A stretch of 32,000 nt of DNA from NCBI RefSeq assembly GCF_008000775.2, contig NZ_CP042905.2, positions 900,001 through 932,000 on the forward strand, written 5' to 3'. Within the stretch, counting starts at the first letter, position 1; every line of letters begins with the position of its first letter. Shown piece after piece: positions 18,101 to 27,261 of this stretch. The position numbers and the translations under genes are program-made. Source of the stretch: Promethearchaeum syntrophicum. GTDB lineage: Archaea > Asgardarchaeota > Lokiarchaeia > Sigyniarchaeales > Promethearchaeaceae. The notes under the pieces were generated by a model that searched no databases, was not told where the DNA came from, and worked only from the letters and a program-made list of their open reading frames with translations.

Positions 18101-18907
18101 ATGGTATTAATGACTGATTATGAGCTTTTTAATTTAAATGAATTGAATGGATGGATAATTGGATCAGAATTTGAAAAAAATACGCCCTTCTATTCATCTT
18201 TATTCCAACTGGGTAGAACCAATTATTTATATCCTTGGAAAGATCCGAAGTTTCATTATCATACAGAATCTATCGAAATATATCTTGTCCTGCAAGGGGA
18301 ATTATGGGTTATTGTTGATGAAATTGCAGTAATATTAAAGGAAAAATCAATCCTTCTTGTGCAACCTGGAATATTTCATTCTGTAATCGGGGGAAAAGGA
18401 TTGATTCAACATTTCGGGATGAAAATTCCTTCTATGGAGGATAAAAAGATTATTAAAGAAGAAAAAGATGATTATGAAAATAAAATTGAAAAAATTACTA
18501 AATCTGGTTTCAATCAAAGTCCATATAAGCAATTGGATCGCAATCATGGATTTATTGCAGATTTGAAAGAAGAAAGTAATATCAATTGCTGGTTAATTGG
18601 ATTGTGGGAAGTGAAATATAAAACAGAAAAGTTTTGTTTTGCATATATAAATTTTGACACGTTAGAAGAAAAAAACGCCCATATTCATCAAGATCATTTT
18701 CATTACCATTCAGAAAGCACAGAATGGTATTTTACATTCAAAAATTCGCAAGAATTATTGGTAAACGATACAATAGTGAAGGTTCCTGAGGGATATTTAT
18801 TAAAAATTCCAAAAGGAATTCCTCACAAACAAATTTCCATGAGTTTCCCCTTTGAAGGAGCCACGATTCGAACCCCAATTCAAGATGATAAAATCATCCT
18901 CAGCTGA
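18101..18907 (+). CDS. Cupin-domain protein (two cupin-like halves)
   Basis: KFHYHTESIEIYLVLQGELWVIVD...LLVQPGIFHSVIGG, and a second half HFHYHSESTEWYFTFKN...VPEGYLLKIPKGIPHKQIS. Confidence 0.8.
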   Translation: MVLMTDYELFNLNELNGWIIGSEFEKNTPFYSSLFQLGRTNYLYPWKDPKFHYHTESIEIYLVLQGELWVIVDEIAVILKEKSILLVQPGIFHSVIGGKGLIQHFGMKIPSMEDKKIIKEEKDDYENKIEKITKSGFNQSPYKQLDRNHGFIADLKEESNINCWLIGLWEVKYKTEKFCFAYINFDTLEEKNAHIHQDHFHYHSESTEWYFTFKNSQELLVNDTIVKVPEGYLLKIPKGIPHKQISMSFPFEGATIRTPIQDDKIILS

Positions 18908-18914
18908 TTTAGAG

Positions 18915-18939
18915 AAATGAGGTGATTTTTTCCTCATTT
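18915..18939 (+). terminator. Terminator-like hairpin after the cupin gene
   Basis: AAATGAGG (18915-18922) / CCTCATTT (18932-18939), 8 bp perfect, 9-nt loop, T-rich tail, 8 nt past the stop codon. Confidence 0.4.
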
Positions 18940-19113
18940 TTATTCTTTAGAGTGCATTTCTTTCAACTATGGTATTTTATATAAGATATCGGTTTTTGGT
19001 TCAAGTATAATTTTTGGATTAAATCACCCTTTGACATAATTAATGGAGTTTTCTTAAAATTATTTCAAAAGTAAAGAGTTATGGTTAAAATGTACTAGTT
19101 TACTAGAATTATA

Positions 19114-19614
19114 ATGGAAAAAAACATCCTTGAGAAACTTGAAAAATCCCATTCTTTAGCGGATATATTCGAATTAGTTAAAGATTGCGTTGATTCTTTA
19201 TATAAGAAACATCGACGTGGATTAATGTTAGGTTTAGCTGATTTAGGTGGAGGTGCAAATGCATGGATTGGAGGATATCATATAATATCTTCCAATGCAA
19301 TTATAATGAATTCTCGCCCTTTAGATTATGTAAAAAAGCATCACCCAGAATTGCATAAACCTTACGTGTTTGTTATTCTAACTCATGAATATATTCATAC
19401 TTTGGGGGTACTTGATGAAAAAACATGTCGGGAACTCACCTATAAATTATGTCATTCCTTATTAAAAGATGAAATAACAACAGCAATGGCTAAAGACATG
19501 AGTAAATTTCTCCCAAAAATCCAACAAGCAAGTTTTGGATGGCAACCCAGCCAAGATCCACATATTTATTATGTTCGGGATTTTGATCGGTCATCTGTGA
19601 CTTATGTTATATAA
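19114..19614 (+). CDS. Putative zinc metallopeptidase-like protein (HEYIH)
   Basis: FVILTHEYIHTLGVLDEKTCRELTYKL contains an HExxH motif in a helical context; 166 aa. Confidence 0.55.
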   Translation: MEKNILEKLEKSHSLADIFELVKDCVDSLYKKHRRGLMLGLADLGGGANAWIGGYHIISSNAIIMNSRPLDYVKKHHPELHKPYVFVILTHEYIHTLGVLDEKTCRELTYKLCHSLLKDEITTAMAKDMSKFLPKIQQASFGWQPSQDPHIYYVRDFDRSSVTYVI

Positions 19615-19643
19615 GTAGATCGAATTAACTTCTTCATCAAGAA

Positions 19644-22316
19644 TTAATTTTTATTTATATCAAAGGTATTAATTCTGTTCACTAAGATCTTTGTAATTTG
19701 ATATAATTCTTCAATGTTATCACATCTTTTGCGAGGATCTTCATTTAACATTCTTTTTAATAGGGGAAAAATGAAATCAATCTTTGAAAAATGTTTTCGA
19801 TGGATTTCTGAAATTTGCAAACCTTTATCTCCATCGTATTTGGAAAATGTTAACATAAAGAAAATTGTTGCGCCTATTGCAAAAATGTCTGCATTATACC
19901 CAACATGAGGAGATGTTAATTGTTCGGGAGCGGAAAATCCATCTGTTCCACATCCACCAACGATTGTGAAATCTGTTCCAGTAATTTCTTTGGGGGCTGT
20001 GGCGATCCCAAAATCTATTAATATAATATCTTCTGGGTGTGGTATGGATTCGTATGTATCAATAATTATATTTGAAGGTTTAATATCACGGTGAACTATT
20101 CCGGATTCATGAACTGAAATAGTTGCTTGTAATAATCCCACAAAAATTGTCAAAATAGCTAGTGGATCCAACATTTCATTTTTTTCTTGTAATGATTTAA
20201 TTCGTCTCTCTAATGTACCGTGTTGGTAGAAGGGTTCTTGTAAAATATAACCAAAATTTCCTTGATATTCTCCCAAAAATGAATCTATTAATTTGATTAT
20301 GTTATCGGATTCTATTTTCGAAAGTAAAGTGATTTCTCTAAGCGCCATATGTTCAATTAGCTTGCGATTTGTAATATCTCCTTTAAAGATTATATGTTTA
20401 AGAACGTAAAGTTTCATTGCATTCCGTTCTTCTGCCAACCATAGTTGTGAATAATTGGTAAAAGCAAGCAATTTCTTGACATCAAATCTTTCTTCAATAT
20501 CAACAACAATTGGTTCTGTTTCTATTTTAGATTGTTCAAGCTGACCTCCAAATTTTAAATGGTCCAAAAACATCTTAACGGTTATTCGATTTTGAATCGC
20601 TAAATCTCTTATTTTATGCTGTAAACTCGGGATATCTGTTATATATGGTTCATTGTAAACAAGTGGGAGAAGTTCTGAATATGCAATTTCACTATATGCC
20701 TTGGAGTACTTTGTTAATTGATCATAAAGTTGATCTTCAACAAGTTGTGCGTGATGTGCAAGTTGTTCTTTTTGTTCGGATTGTTTTTTCATTAAATCAA
20801 GTTCTTTCTTCGGAATTCGACTTAAATACTGTAAAGCAAGAGAGTTTTTAGAATCGAGATCGATACAATTATTTAATGCATTAACAGATTGTTGATAATC
20901 TCCAGTATTAAAAAAACCAATTCCTAAATACATCCATAGTTGAGGATTTTTAGAAGAAATTGCCAAAGCTTGTTTAAACGCTCGAATTGATCTTCTATAA
21001 TCCCCTCTATTATTAAAAGCAACACCACTTGATGTCCATGCATGAATATTGTAAGTATTTAATTGGAGTACGTTTCGATATGCGAGTAAAGAATTCAGGT
21101 AATCTTCATTTTTAAGGAGTTCATTGGCAAAATTTAACCATTCTTCCTCAGTTTTATAATTTTTATTTAACACGGTCTGGATTTTTGGATTTGGAATAGG
21201 AACGGCTTTAGGTGGAACCTTCTTTTTTTTTTTTTTGATTTTGATGGGGGGACTTGGAACTGATTTAATATTCGGTTTAGAATTTAAATTGTATTCATAT
21301 TTTCTATTTCGTGGTAAGCTTGGGGGATTTTGTTGGACAAATTGAAGTTGTTTTTCTGGAACAATCTTTTTTCGTTCTTCTTTAACTTCATCTTTTGAGA
21401 GAACCTGTGTGTTAAATTCTAATTCTTTATCGATTGCTTTTCGATCTTTTGACAATCGTTTTTGCTTTTCAAATTCCAATTTTTTTTTATGTTTATCTTG
21501 GCAGTATCTTACAATTCGGTTTGCAGGTTTTAGAATATATGATAAAGATTCTGAATTTAAAGAGTTTCTAGCTAAATTTATTTTTTCTAAAACAATATGG
21601 TCTTGTAAATTCTCTAAATCTACGATTTTATTATCATTTAAATTTAAAAATTTCAAGAGTTTGTTTTCATTCAAATTTTCAATCTTTTTAATCTGATTTA
21701 AAGCAAGATTTAATTCTCGTAGATTTTTAAGCTTGGTCAATCCTTCAATTTTCTCAATTTTAGTTTTAGCTAGCATTAAAGTTTCTAATTGCCTCAATTC
21801 TGAGAGATTTTCAATTTTCTCAATTGGATTTCTGTTTAATTTTAGAACCACTAAATCTTTCAGACGATCCAATCCTTCAATTTTAGATATTTGATTAACA
21901 TTTAAATTCAGAACTTGAAGTCTTCTAAGATTATAGAGAGCTTGTATGATTGTAATTTTATTATCGGATAGGTCCAATTCTTTTAAATCAACCATATGGT
22001 CTAAATTCTCAATGGTTTTAATTGAATTTTCTCGGAAATTTAATTTTATTAACCTTTCTAACGGTCTAAGGTTGTAAATTTTTTCAATATGGTTTCGCGA
22101 AAGATCTAAATGTCTAAGATGTTGAAACTCACCAATTTCCTTTGGAATACTCTTTAGTTCTTTATATTTCATAAATAAACCTGTAATATTCCCATTTTCA
22201 ATTCTAAAATTAAAATCTTGTAAACCATATTTCTCAATTAACTTTTGAATTGCATTTCTCTCACTTTTCACTTTAATATATTTAATTTTAAGTTTAAGGG
22301 TTTTTTTCATTGACAT
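19644..22316 (-). CDS. LRR-TPR-Ser/Thr protein kinase fusion (890 aa)
   Basis: About ten SDS22-like leucine-rich repeats (LRHLDLSRNHIEKIYNL...), TPRs (AWTSSGVAFNNRGDYRRSIRAFKQAL...), then a kinase domain with HRDIKPSNIIID, LIDFGIA and SAPEQL. Confidence 0.92.
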   Translation of the reverse strand: MSMKKTLKLKIKYIKVKSERNAIQKLIEKYGLQDFNFRIENGNITGLFMKYKELKSIPKEIGEFQHLRHLDLSRNHIEKIYNLRPLERLIKLNFRENSIKTIENLDHMVDLKELDLSDNKITIIQALYNLRRLQVLNLNVNQISKIEGLDRLKDLVVLKLNRNPIEKIENLSELRQLETLMLAKTKIEKIEGLTKLKNLRELNLALNQIKKIENLNENKLLKFLNLNDNKIVDLENLQDHIVLEKINLARNSLNSESLSYILKPANRIVRYCQDKHKKKLEFEKQKRLSKDRKAIDKELEFNTQVLSKDEVKEERKKIVPEKQLQFVQQNPPSLPRNRKYEYNLNSKPNIKSVPSPPIKIKKKKKKVPPKAVPIPNPKIQTVLNKNYKTEEEWLNFANELLKNEDYLNSLLAYRNVLQLNTYNIHAWTSSGVAFNNRGDYRRSIRAFKQALAISSKNPQLWMYLGIGFFNTGDYQQSVNALNNCIDLDSKNSLALQYLSRIPKKELDLMKKQSEQKEQLAHHAQLVEDQLYDQLTKYSKAYSEIAYSELLPLVYNEPYITDIPSLQHKIRDLAIQNRITVKMFLDHLKFGGQLEQSKIETEPIVVDIEERFDVKKLLAFTNYSQLWLAEERNAMKLYVLKHIIFKGDITNRKLIEHMALREITLLSKIESDNIIKLIDSFLGEYQGNFGYILQEPFYQHGTLERRIKSLQEKNEMLDPLAILTIFVGLLQATISVHESGIVHRDIKPSNIIIDTYESIPHPEDIILIDFGIATAPKEITGTDFTIVGGCGTDGFSAPEQLTSPHVGYNADIFAIGATIFFMLTFSKYDGDKGLQISEIHRKHFSKIDFIFPLLKRMLNEDPRKRCDNIEELYQITKILVNRINTFDINKN

Positions 22317-22396
22317 TGATAGACCTACCTTTTAAAAAAAAAGGATTTTTACATTATACGTTTTAGGTATAATTAGAACCTAGCTATAAAAAAATA

Positions 22397-23707
22397 TTGA
22401 TAAATATGGGAAATACTAAAATCTTAAGAGTGGGTATTGTCGGATGCGGGAGAATTTTCCAAAGCCATAATCATGCATACAATGATCTAGAAAATGTTGT
22501 GGTAACTGGATTTTATGATAGAATAAAAAAAAGAGCGCAAGAGTGGCATAATCGAATGACTGAAGAGATGCAACTTGTTAAAGAAGTGGCATTAGAGCAT
22601 GAAGATGAGAACGATGAACGCCACTTAGAAAGATGCAGAATTTTTGAGGAAGAATCCGAAGTTTATGAAAATTTTCAAGATCTACTTAATAATGTAGATG
22701 TTATTGATATTTCCACTCCTAATTATGCCCATGCTCCTTATGCGATATGGGCGTTAAGACAAAATAAATCTGTAATGTCTGAAAAACCTCCTGCTCTTTG
22801 TTCATTAGAAACTCAATGGATTTGTGAAGCAAAAGAAAAATCTAAAGCTCATTATCAAATTAATGAAAATTTCTTATGGAAGGTTTTTGTCAGAGAGATA
22901 AAGAAAATAATTGATAACAATGTTATTGGAAAAATAAATGAAATTAATATTAAATTGGGGCATGGTGGACCTTCTTGGGGTTGGCAGGAAAATTTTCTAA
23001 ACCCCACTATATCAGGTGGGGGAGTTCTGTCAGACATGGGTTCTCATGCTCTAGGTTTTGTATTTGGAATTCTTGGACATGAATATGAGATAGAAAAAGT
23101 CCAAACAATTCGGATGGAGACAAGTTCTAAATCAGAAAAAATTATGAGAGATCTTGAAAATAAAGAGGAATATCTAAAAGAACGATTTATGGTTGAAGAT
23201 GAAGCAGAAGTTAAAATAAAGATGATAAATAAAGATACAAAACAAGAAATATTAATTCAAATTGAAGTGTCGTGGGCTAAAACTTATAAAGAGATCTCTG
23301 TTCACGGTTCTAAAGCAACATGTGAACTCGGAGAAGATGAAAGAAAACAAAATATCTTAATCATCAAAAGTGAGAATGGAAAAAAGCAAAAAATAAAAAT
23401 TCCAGGGCAAGGGAGAGACAGCCACCAAATGCAGATAACTGATTTCCTATCTCGAATTGTAAAAGATCAAGATTCATTTGCCAATGAAAAAATTGCTCAT
23501 AAGATACAGACAATTATTTCCGCTTCATATTTATCTAATTTGCTTGGATTTAAATCAAATAAGAAGAAAAAGGAAGGAAAACCAATCACTCCCGATAAAT
23601 TAAACAAATTTTATCAAGATATTATTAAAAGCGGTTGTCCTAAAAATATAATTATTGAGGAGATTATTTACCACTTCGTATCACCATTTATTAAGAGTTC
23701 TGAATAA
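22397..23707 (+). CDS. Gfo/Idh/MocA-family oxidoreductase
   Basis: RVGIVGCGRIFQSHNHAY nucleotide-binding motif; VIDISTPNYAHAPYAIWAL; MSEKPPALC; GGGVLSDMGSHALG. Confidence 0.9.
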   Translation: MINMGNTKILRVGIVGCGRIFQSHNHAYNDLENVVVTGFYDRIKKRAQEWHNRMTEEMQLVKEVALEHEDENDERHLERCRIFEEESEVYENFQDLLNNVDVIDISTPNYAHAPYAIWALRQNKSVMSEKPPALCSLETQWICEAKEKSKAHYQINENFLWKVFVREIKKIIDNNVIGKINEINIKLGHGGPSWGWQENFLNPTISGGGVLSDMGSHALGFVFGILGHEYEIEKVQTIRMETSSKSEKIMRDLENKEEYLKERFMVEDEAEVKIKMINKDTKQEILIQIEVSWAKTYKEISVHGSKATCELGEDERKQNILIIKSENGKKQKIKIPGQGRDSHQMQITDFLSRIVKDQDSFANEKIAHKIQTIISASYLSNLLGFKSNKKKKEGKPITPDKLNKFYQDIIKSGCPKNIIIEEIIYHFVSPFIKSSE

Positions 23708-23756
23708 TGAATAATTATTTTTCAATGAAATTTTCAAATTAAAATACAAAAAAAAA

Positions 23757-24932
23757 GTGAAAATTATGAAAGAAACAGCAGATGCAATTAATAGAATCCC
23801 TCCTGATGAAGTAGGACCGTTTGCAGTTCTAATAAAAGCCCAGAAACTTGAGCGAGAAGGTCGTAAGATTTTACATTTCGAAATAGGGCAACCTGATTAT
23901 CAGTGTCCGAACCATATTTCGGAAGCAGGTATTCAAGCAATTAGGGATGGCCATACGAAATACGTTCAAACTGCAGGAATTCCCGATTTTAAAGAAGCAA
24001 TCCAAGATGAAATTGAAAAAACTCGTGGTTTTAGACCAACTTCAGATCAAATTGTTGTGTTTCCAGGAGGTAATACTGCTATTTTTTATATTTTGGCAGC
24101 CACTCTTAATCCCGGAGATGAAGTGATATATCCAAATCCAAGTTTTCCCACTTATGGACTATCTGCACATTACTTGAATGCAAAACATGTAATGCTACCA
24201 GTTAAAGAAGAAAACGGATTTAGACTTGATCCTGGAGATATTTTAGATAGAATAACTGATAAAACTAAGCTTATCATAATAAATTCTCCTCAGAATCCTA
24301 CAGGTGCAGTTACTAACAAAAAGGAAATACAGAAAATTGCTGAAATAGCTGAAGAAAAAAATATCTTTTTATTTACAGATGAAATTTATTCCAAGATGTT
24401 ATACGACGAAACACACTATTCTGCTTCAGTTCAAGATAAATGTCAAGAACGGACCATTTTAATTGATGGAATGGCGAAAGCGTATGCAATGACGGGATGG
24501 AGATTAGGGTATGCTGTTGCTCCGCCAAATGTGGCTAAAAAAATGTGCGAACTAATTGTTACATCATTTTCATGTGTTCCTGCATTTATCCAGAAAGCCG
24601 GAATTGCTGCATTAAAGGGAGATCAATCCTTTATTAAAACTAATATGGATCTTTACAGAAAAAGGCGCGATGTAATTGTGAGTGGATTAAATTCAATTCC
24701 AGGATTTCATTGTACGGTTCCACAAGGGGCATTTTATGCATTTCCAAGTATTACTGGTACTGGAAAAACAAGTATTGAATTGGCTGATCTTCTTCTCAAT
24801 GAAGCTGGGGTTGCTTGTCTTCCAGGTCCTGCTTTTGGTCCCTATGGAGAAGGTTTCTTACGTTTTTCCTATGCAACCACAATTGATACAATAAAGGAAG
24901 CGATTGAAGCCATAAAAAAAGTTATTTCATAA
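23757..24932 (+). CDS. PLP-dependent class I/II aminotransferase (aspartate-aminotransferase-like)
   Basis: LHFEIGQPDYQCPNHI, NSPQNPTGAV, FTDEIYSKMLYD, DGMAKAYAMTGWRLGYAVAP (PLP lysine region), LRFSYATTIDTIKEAIE. Confidence 0.93.
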   Translation: MKIMKETADAINRIPPDEVGPFAVLIKAQKLEREGRKILHFEIGQPDYQCPNHISEAGIQAIRDGHTKYVQTAGIPDFKEAIQDEIEKTRGFRPTSDQIVVFPGGNTAIFYILAATLNPGDEVIYPNPSFPTYGLSAHYLNAKHVMLPVKEENGFRLDPGDILDRITDKTKLIIINSPQNPTGAVTNKKEIQKIAEIAEEKNIFLFTDEIYSKMLYDETHYSASVQDKCQERTILIDGMAKAYAMTGWRLGYAVAPPNVAKKMCELIVTSFSCVPAFIQKAGIAALKGDQSFIKTNMDLYRKRRDVIVSGLNSIPGFHCTVPQGAFYAFPSITGTGKTSIELADLLLNEAGVACLPGPAFGPYGEGFLRFSYATTIDTIKEAIEAIKKVIS

Positions 24933-25052
24933 TTATCTACTTTTTTTTGAAATAATTTTAAGATTTTAATGATACTTGGTTTGGATATGAATTAGAAAGA
25001 TAAATTATCCATAATTCAAAATAAAATAAAAAAGGAAAAAAGAGAAGATTTG

Positions 25053-25346
25053 TTATTCGATAAGTTTGAGGGCTTCTTCGGCTGAAAAAGTCCCCTTGAT
25101 ATCGTATTCAAATCCTTCAATATCTTCGTATTTCATCATGGTTTTCATATATTCTCCGATCCTTTGACCCAATTTTTCCGGGGTAACTTCTTCGATTTGG
25201 ATAGTCACAAGTTTTCCGCATTCAGTATGAGTAGAATGAACCTTGACTGCTGGGTTTGGAGGATTATCTTTAGTCAACTCCAAAAATCGAGCCACTACCT
25301 TTTCTCTCACTTGATGGGAATAAATTGCTTTCATTAAAACATACAT
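25053..25346 (-). CDS. Conserved-looking small hypothetical protein, 97 aa
   Basis: Compact ORF MYVLMKAIYSHQVREKVVARFLEL...FSAEEALKLIE in an otherwise empty interval. Confidence 0.6.
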   Translation of the reverse strand: MYVLMKAIYSHQVREKVVARFLELTKDNPPNPAVKVHSTHTECGKLVTIQIEEVTPEKLGQRIGEYMKTMMKYEDIEGFEYDIKGTFSAEEALKLIE

Positions 25347-25490
25347 TTTTTTTACATCCTTTTCTTTTCTTAGTAATATTATGTGCTTAAAATAAAAAGC
25401 AATTTTATTTTTGTTACAAAACCATTTAAAGGTTTACACTTTTGGAAAATCTGTTAGAAACATTGAAATTAGTTATTAGATTAAAAATAA

Positions 25491-26498
25491 GTGATTTCAA
25501 TGGTCTCGTTAATAATTGTAGGATTTGGAAACGTAGGACGCTCTTTAGCTGATATCATGCTTAAAGATCGTGAATATCTACATAAAACTTTTGGTTTTAA
25601 TTCTGAAATTAGGGCAATCTGTGAGTTGAAAGGAGCTTTAATTAATAAAAATGGTATTGATGTAGAAAATCTTTTAAAATTGAATGATATTTCTCAATCT
25701 TCTGATTGGGTACCCGATAAAACTGCATTAGATGTAGTTAAAGAAGTTGATGCAGACATTTTAGTGGAATGTAGCTGGGTAAATAAAGACACTGGGGAAC
25801 CTGCTGTTTCGACTTTAAAAGCAGCTATGAATCGAAAAATGCATATTGTTTCATCCAATAAAGGACCGTTCTATTTAAAATATAAAGAACTTAAGGAAGT
25901 AGCAGATAAGAATGAAGTCATGATGGGGATGGAGAGCACAGTTTTGAGTGCGGTTCCTGCATTAGCCGCTAAAACGACACTCGCTGGAACTCATATAAAA
26001 AGCATTCGGGGAATATTAAATGGAACATGCAATTACATCTTATCTCAGATGACTCAAAATGGCTCATCATTTGATGATGCTCTTAAGGAAGCTAAGGATT
26101 TAGGATATGCTGAAGCGGATCCAACACTTGATATAAATGGATATGATGCAGCAGGTAAAATTGTAATTCTTGCTAATGTTTTTCTTGGGTGGGATAAGAC
26201 AATTAAAGATGCTGATATTAAAGGAATTACAGAAGTGACAGCAGAAAAAATCGAACAAGCGAAAAAGGAGAATAAATACATCAAACATGTTTGTACTGCT
26301 AAAGATGGGAAGCTTACAGCTGGAACTGAATTGATCCCCATGGATTCTACTTTAGCAGTCATGGGTTCGCTTAATTTAGTTGAATTTGAAACTGTACATG
26401 CCGGGCCGTATACTTTTATTGGTCGTGGTGCAGGAGGTCCTGAAGCAGCTGCTGGGATTCTTTCCGATATTATCAATATTTCTCTCTTAAAATTCTAA
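25491..26498 (+). CDS. hom: Homoserine dehydrogenase
   Basis: SLIIVGFGNVGRSLADIM; VLVECSWVNKDTGEPAVSTLKAAMNRKMHIVSSNKGPF; GILNGTCNYILSQM; YAEADPTLDINGYDAAGKIVILANVFLG. Start GTG 25491 or ATG 25500. Confidence 0.93.
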   Translation: MISMVSLIIVGFGNVGRSLADIMLKDREYLHKTFGFNSEIRAICELKGALINKNGIDVENLLKLNDISQSSDWVPDKTALDVVKEVDADILVECSWVNKDTGEPAVSTLKAAMNRKMHIVSSNKGPFYLKYKELKEVADKNEVMMGMESTVLSAVPALAAKTTLAGTHIKSIRGILNGTCNYILSQMTQNGSSFDDALKEAKDLGYAEADPTLDINGYDAAGKIVILANVFLGWDKTIKDADIKGITEVTAEKIEQAKKENKYIKHVCTAKDGKLTAGTELIPMDSTLAVMGSLNLVEFETVHAGPYTFIGRGAGGPEAAAGILSDIINISLLKF

Positions 26499-26987
26499 TT
26501 TTCAAGTTTTTTATTATATTTTTTTTTGAAGTTCCTTAAATTACGATTTTTTGCTTTATTTTGAAGAAGGTCATTTCTCCAACTCAACTCCTTCGCCATT
26601 TTCATCTTAAACATGATTTTTACTTATAGAAAAGGAAAGCTCTTTGAATTTGTGTAATTTTGGAATTCATACTTAGGAATCCATCACCAAAAGACTTTTT
26701 GGAGCACTTAGCACTCCGAAAGTATTAAATAATCTGCCGACAAAATAATAATTACCGCCAATCTACTCGTTGCAGGCGGATCCCAAGGGGACTGGAGAAC
26801 AATGTTCTTTTTATGTGACTCGGTTCGCCCGATCATATCGAAAAAAAATTTGTCATTCCTTTGCGTGAGATCCGAATTCCAAGACCATTCTTGGGATTTG
26901 AAGCTCGAGGTCACCCATCTTTCAAAGACTTTGGCTAACCTCCGTGAAAACTTACAGGGAAGATCCACAGAAAGCTTCTTTTCCAGG

Positions 26988-27183
26988 TGATCACGGGAGT
27001 GGTCATTTAATAAAATATTGTCACGCCTCACAGCATTGGATGCAGAGCCTTTTGGGATCTTTTTTGGCTTTGCATCCGCTTTGAGGGTCTGAACAGACCG
27101 TGTAAGGACCAATCCCTTGTGAGATCCGCGTGAAATGGTGTGATATTGGCGAAAATCCTTTCATTGGTAAAAAATCCGACCAA
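26988..27183 (+). ncRNA. Candidate IS110 guide/'bridge'-type RNA
   Basis: TGATCAC-GGGA-GTGGTCA (26988-27005); closing stem TCACGC.CTCACA (27021-27032) / TGTGAG.atcc.GCGTGA (27118-27133); internal 12-bp hairpin GGATGCAGAGCC (27038-27049) / GGCTTTGCATCC (27066-27077); GGTCT-GAAC-AGACC (27086-27099); TTGGT/ACCAA (27164-27183). Confidence 0.5.
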
Positions 27184-27194
27184 AAGAAAGAATT

Positions 27195-27223
27195 GAGAGC
27201 AATTGCAACGAACAATTGCTCTC
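27195..27223 (+). promoter_or_regulatory. 11-bp perfect hairpin upstream of the transposase
   Basis: GAGAGCAATTG (27195-27205), 7-nt loop CAACGAA, CAATTGCTCTC (27213-27223). Confidence 0.6.
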
Positions 27224-27229
27224 GGTGAT

Positions 27230-27250
27230 GGATTCAATCAACCTGAATCC
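27230..27250 (+). promoter_or_regulatory. 7-bp perfect hairpin ending 11 nt before the transposase start
   Basis: GGATTCA (27230-27236), 7-nt loop ATCAACC, TGAATCC (27244-27250). Confidence 0.5.
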
Positions 27251-27261
27251 AGTGAGTTACA

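Noticed and set aside
22397-23707. Acidic insertion (~40 aa, EEMQLVKEVALEHEDENDERHLERC) in the Gfo/Idh/MocA protein
   Set aside because: Likely a lineage-specific loop in a common family; nothing else supports special function.
26054-26476. 140-aa ORF antisense to homoserine dehydrogenase
   Set aside because: Shadow ORF; the sense strand has a strong family match.
26708-27112. 134-aa minus-strand ORF inside the IS110 leader
   Set aside because: It overlaps the structured candidate ncRNA on the opposite strand and no protein family is recognisable; long frames are expected by chance in this less AT-rich segment.
27021-27237. Overlapping ORFs 27021..27215 and 27028..27237
   Set aside because: Mutually antisense in the same non-coding leader with no motifs; more likely by-products of the stem-rich sequence.
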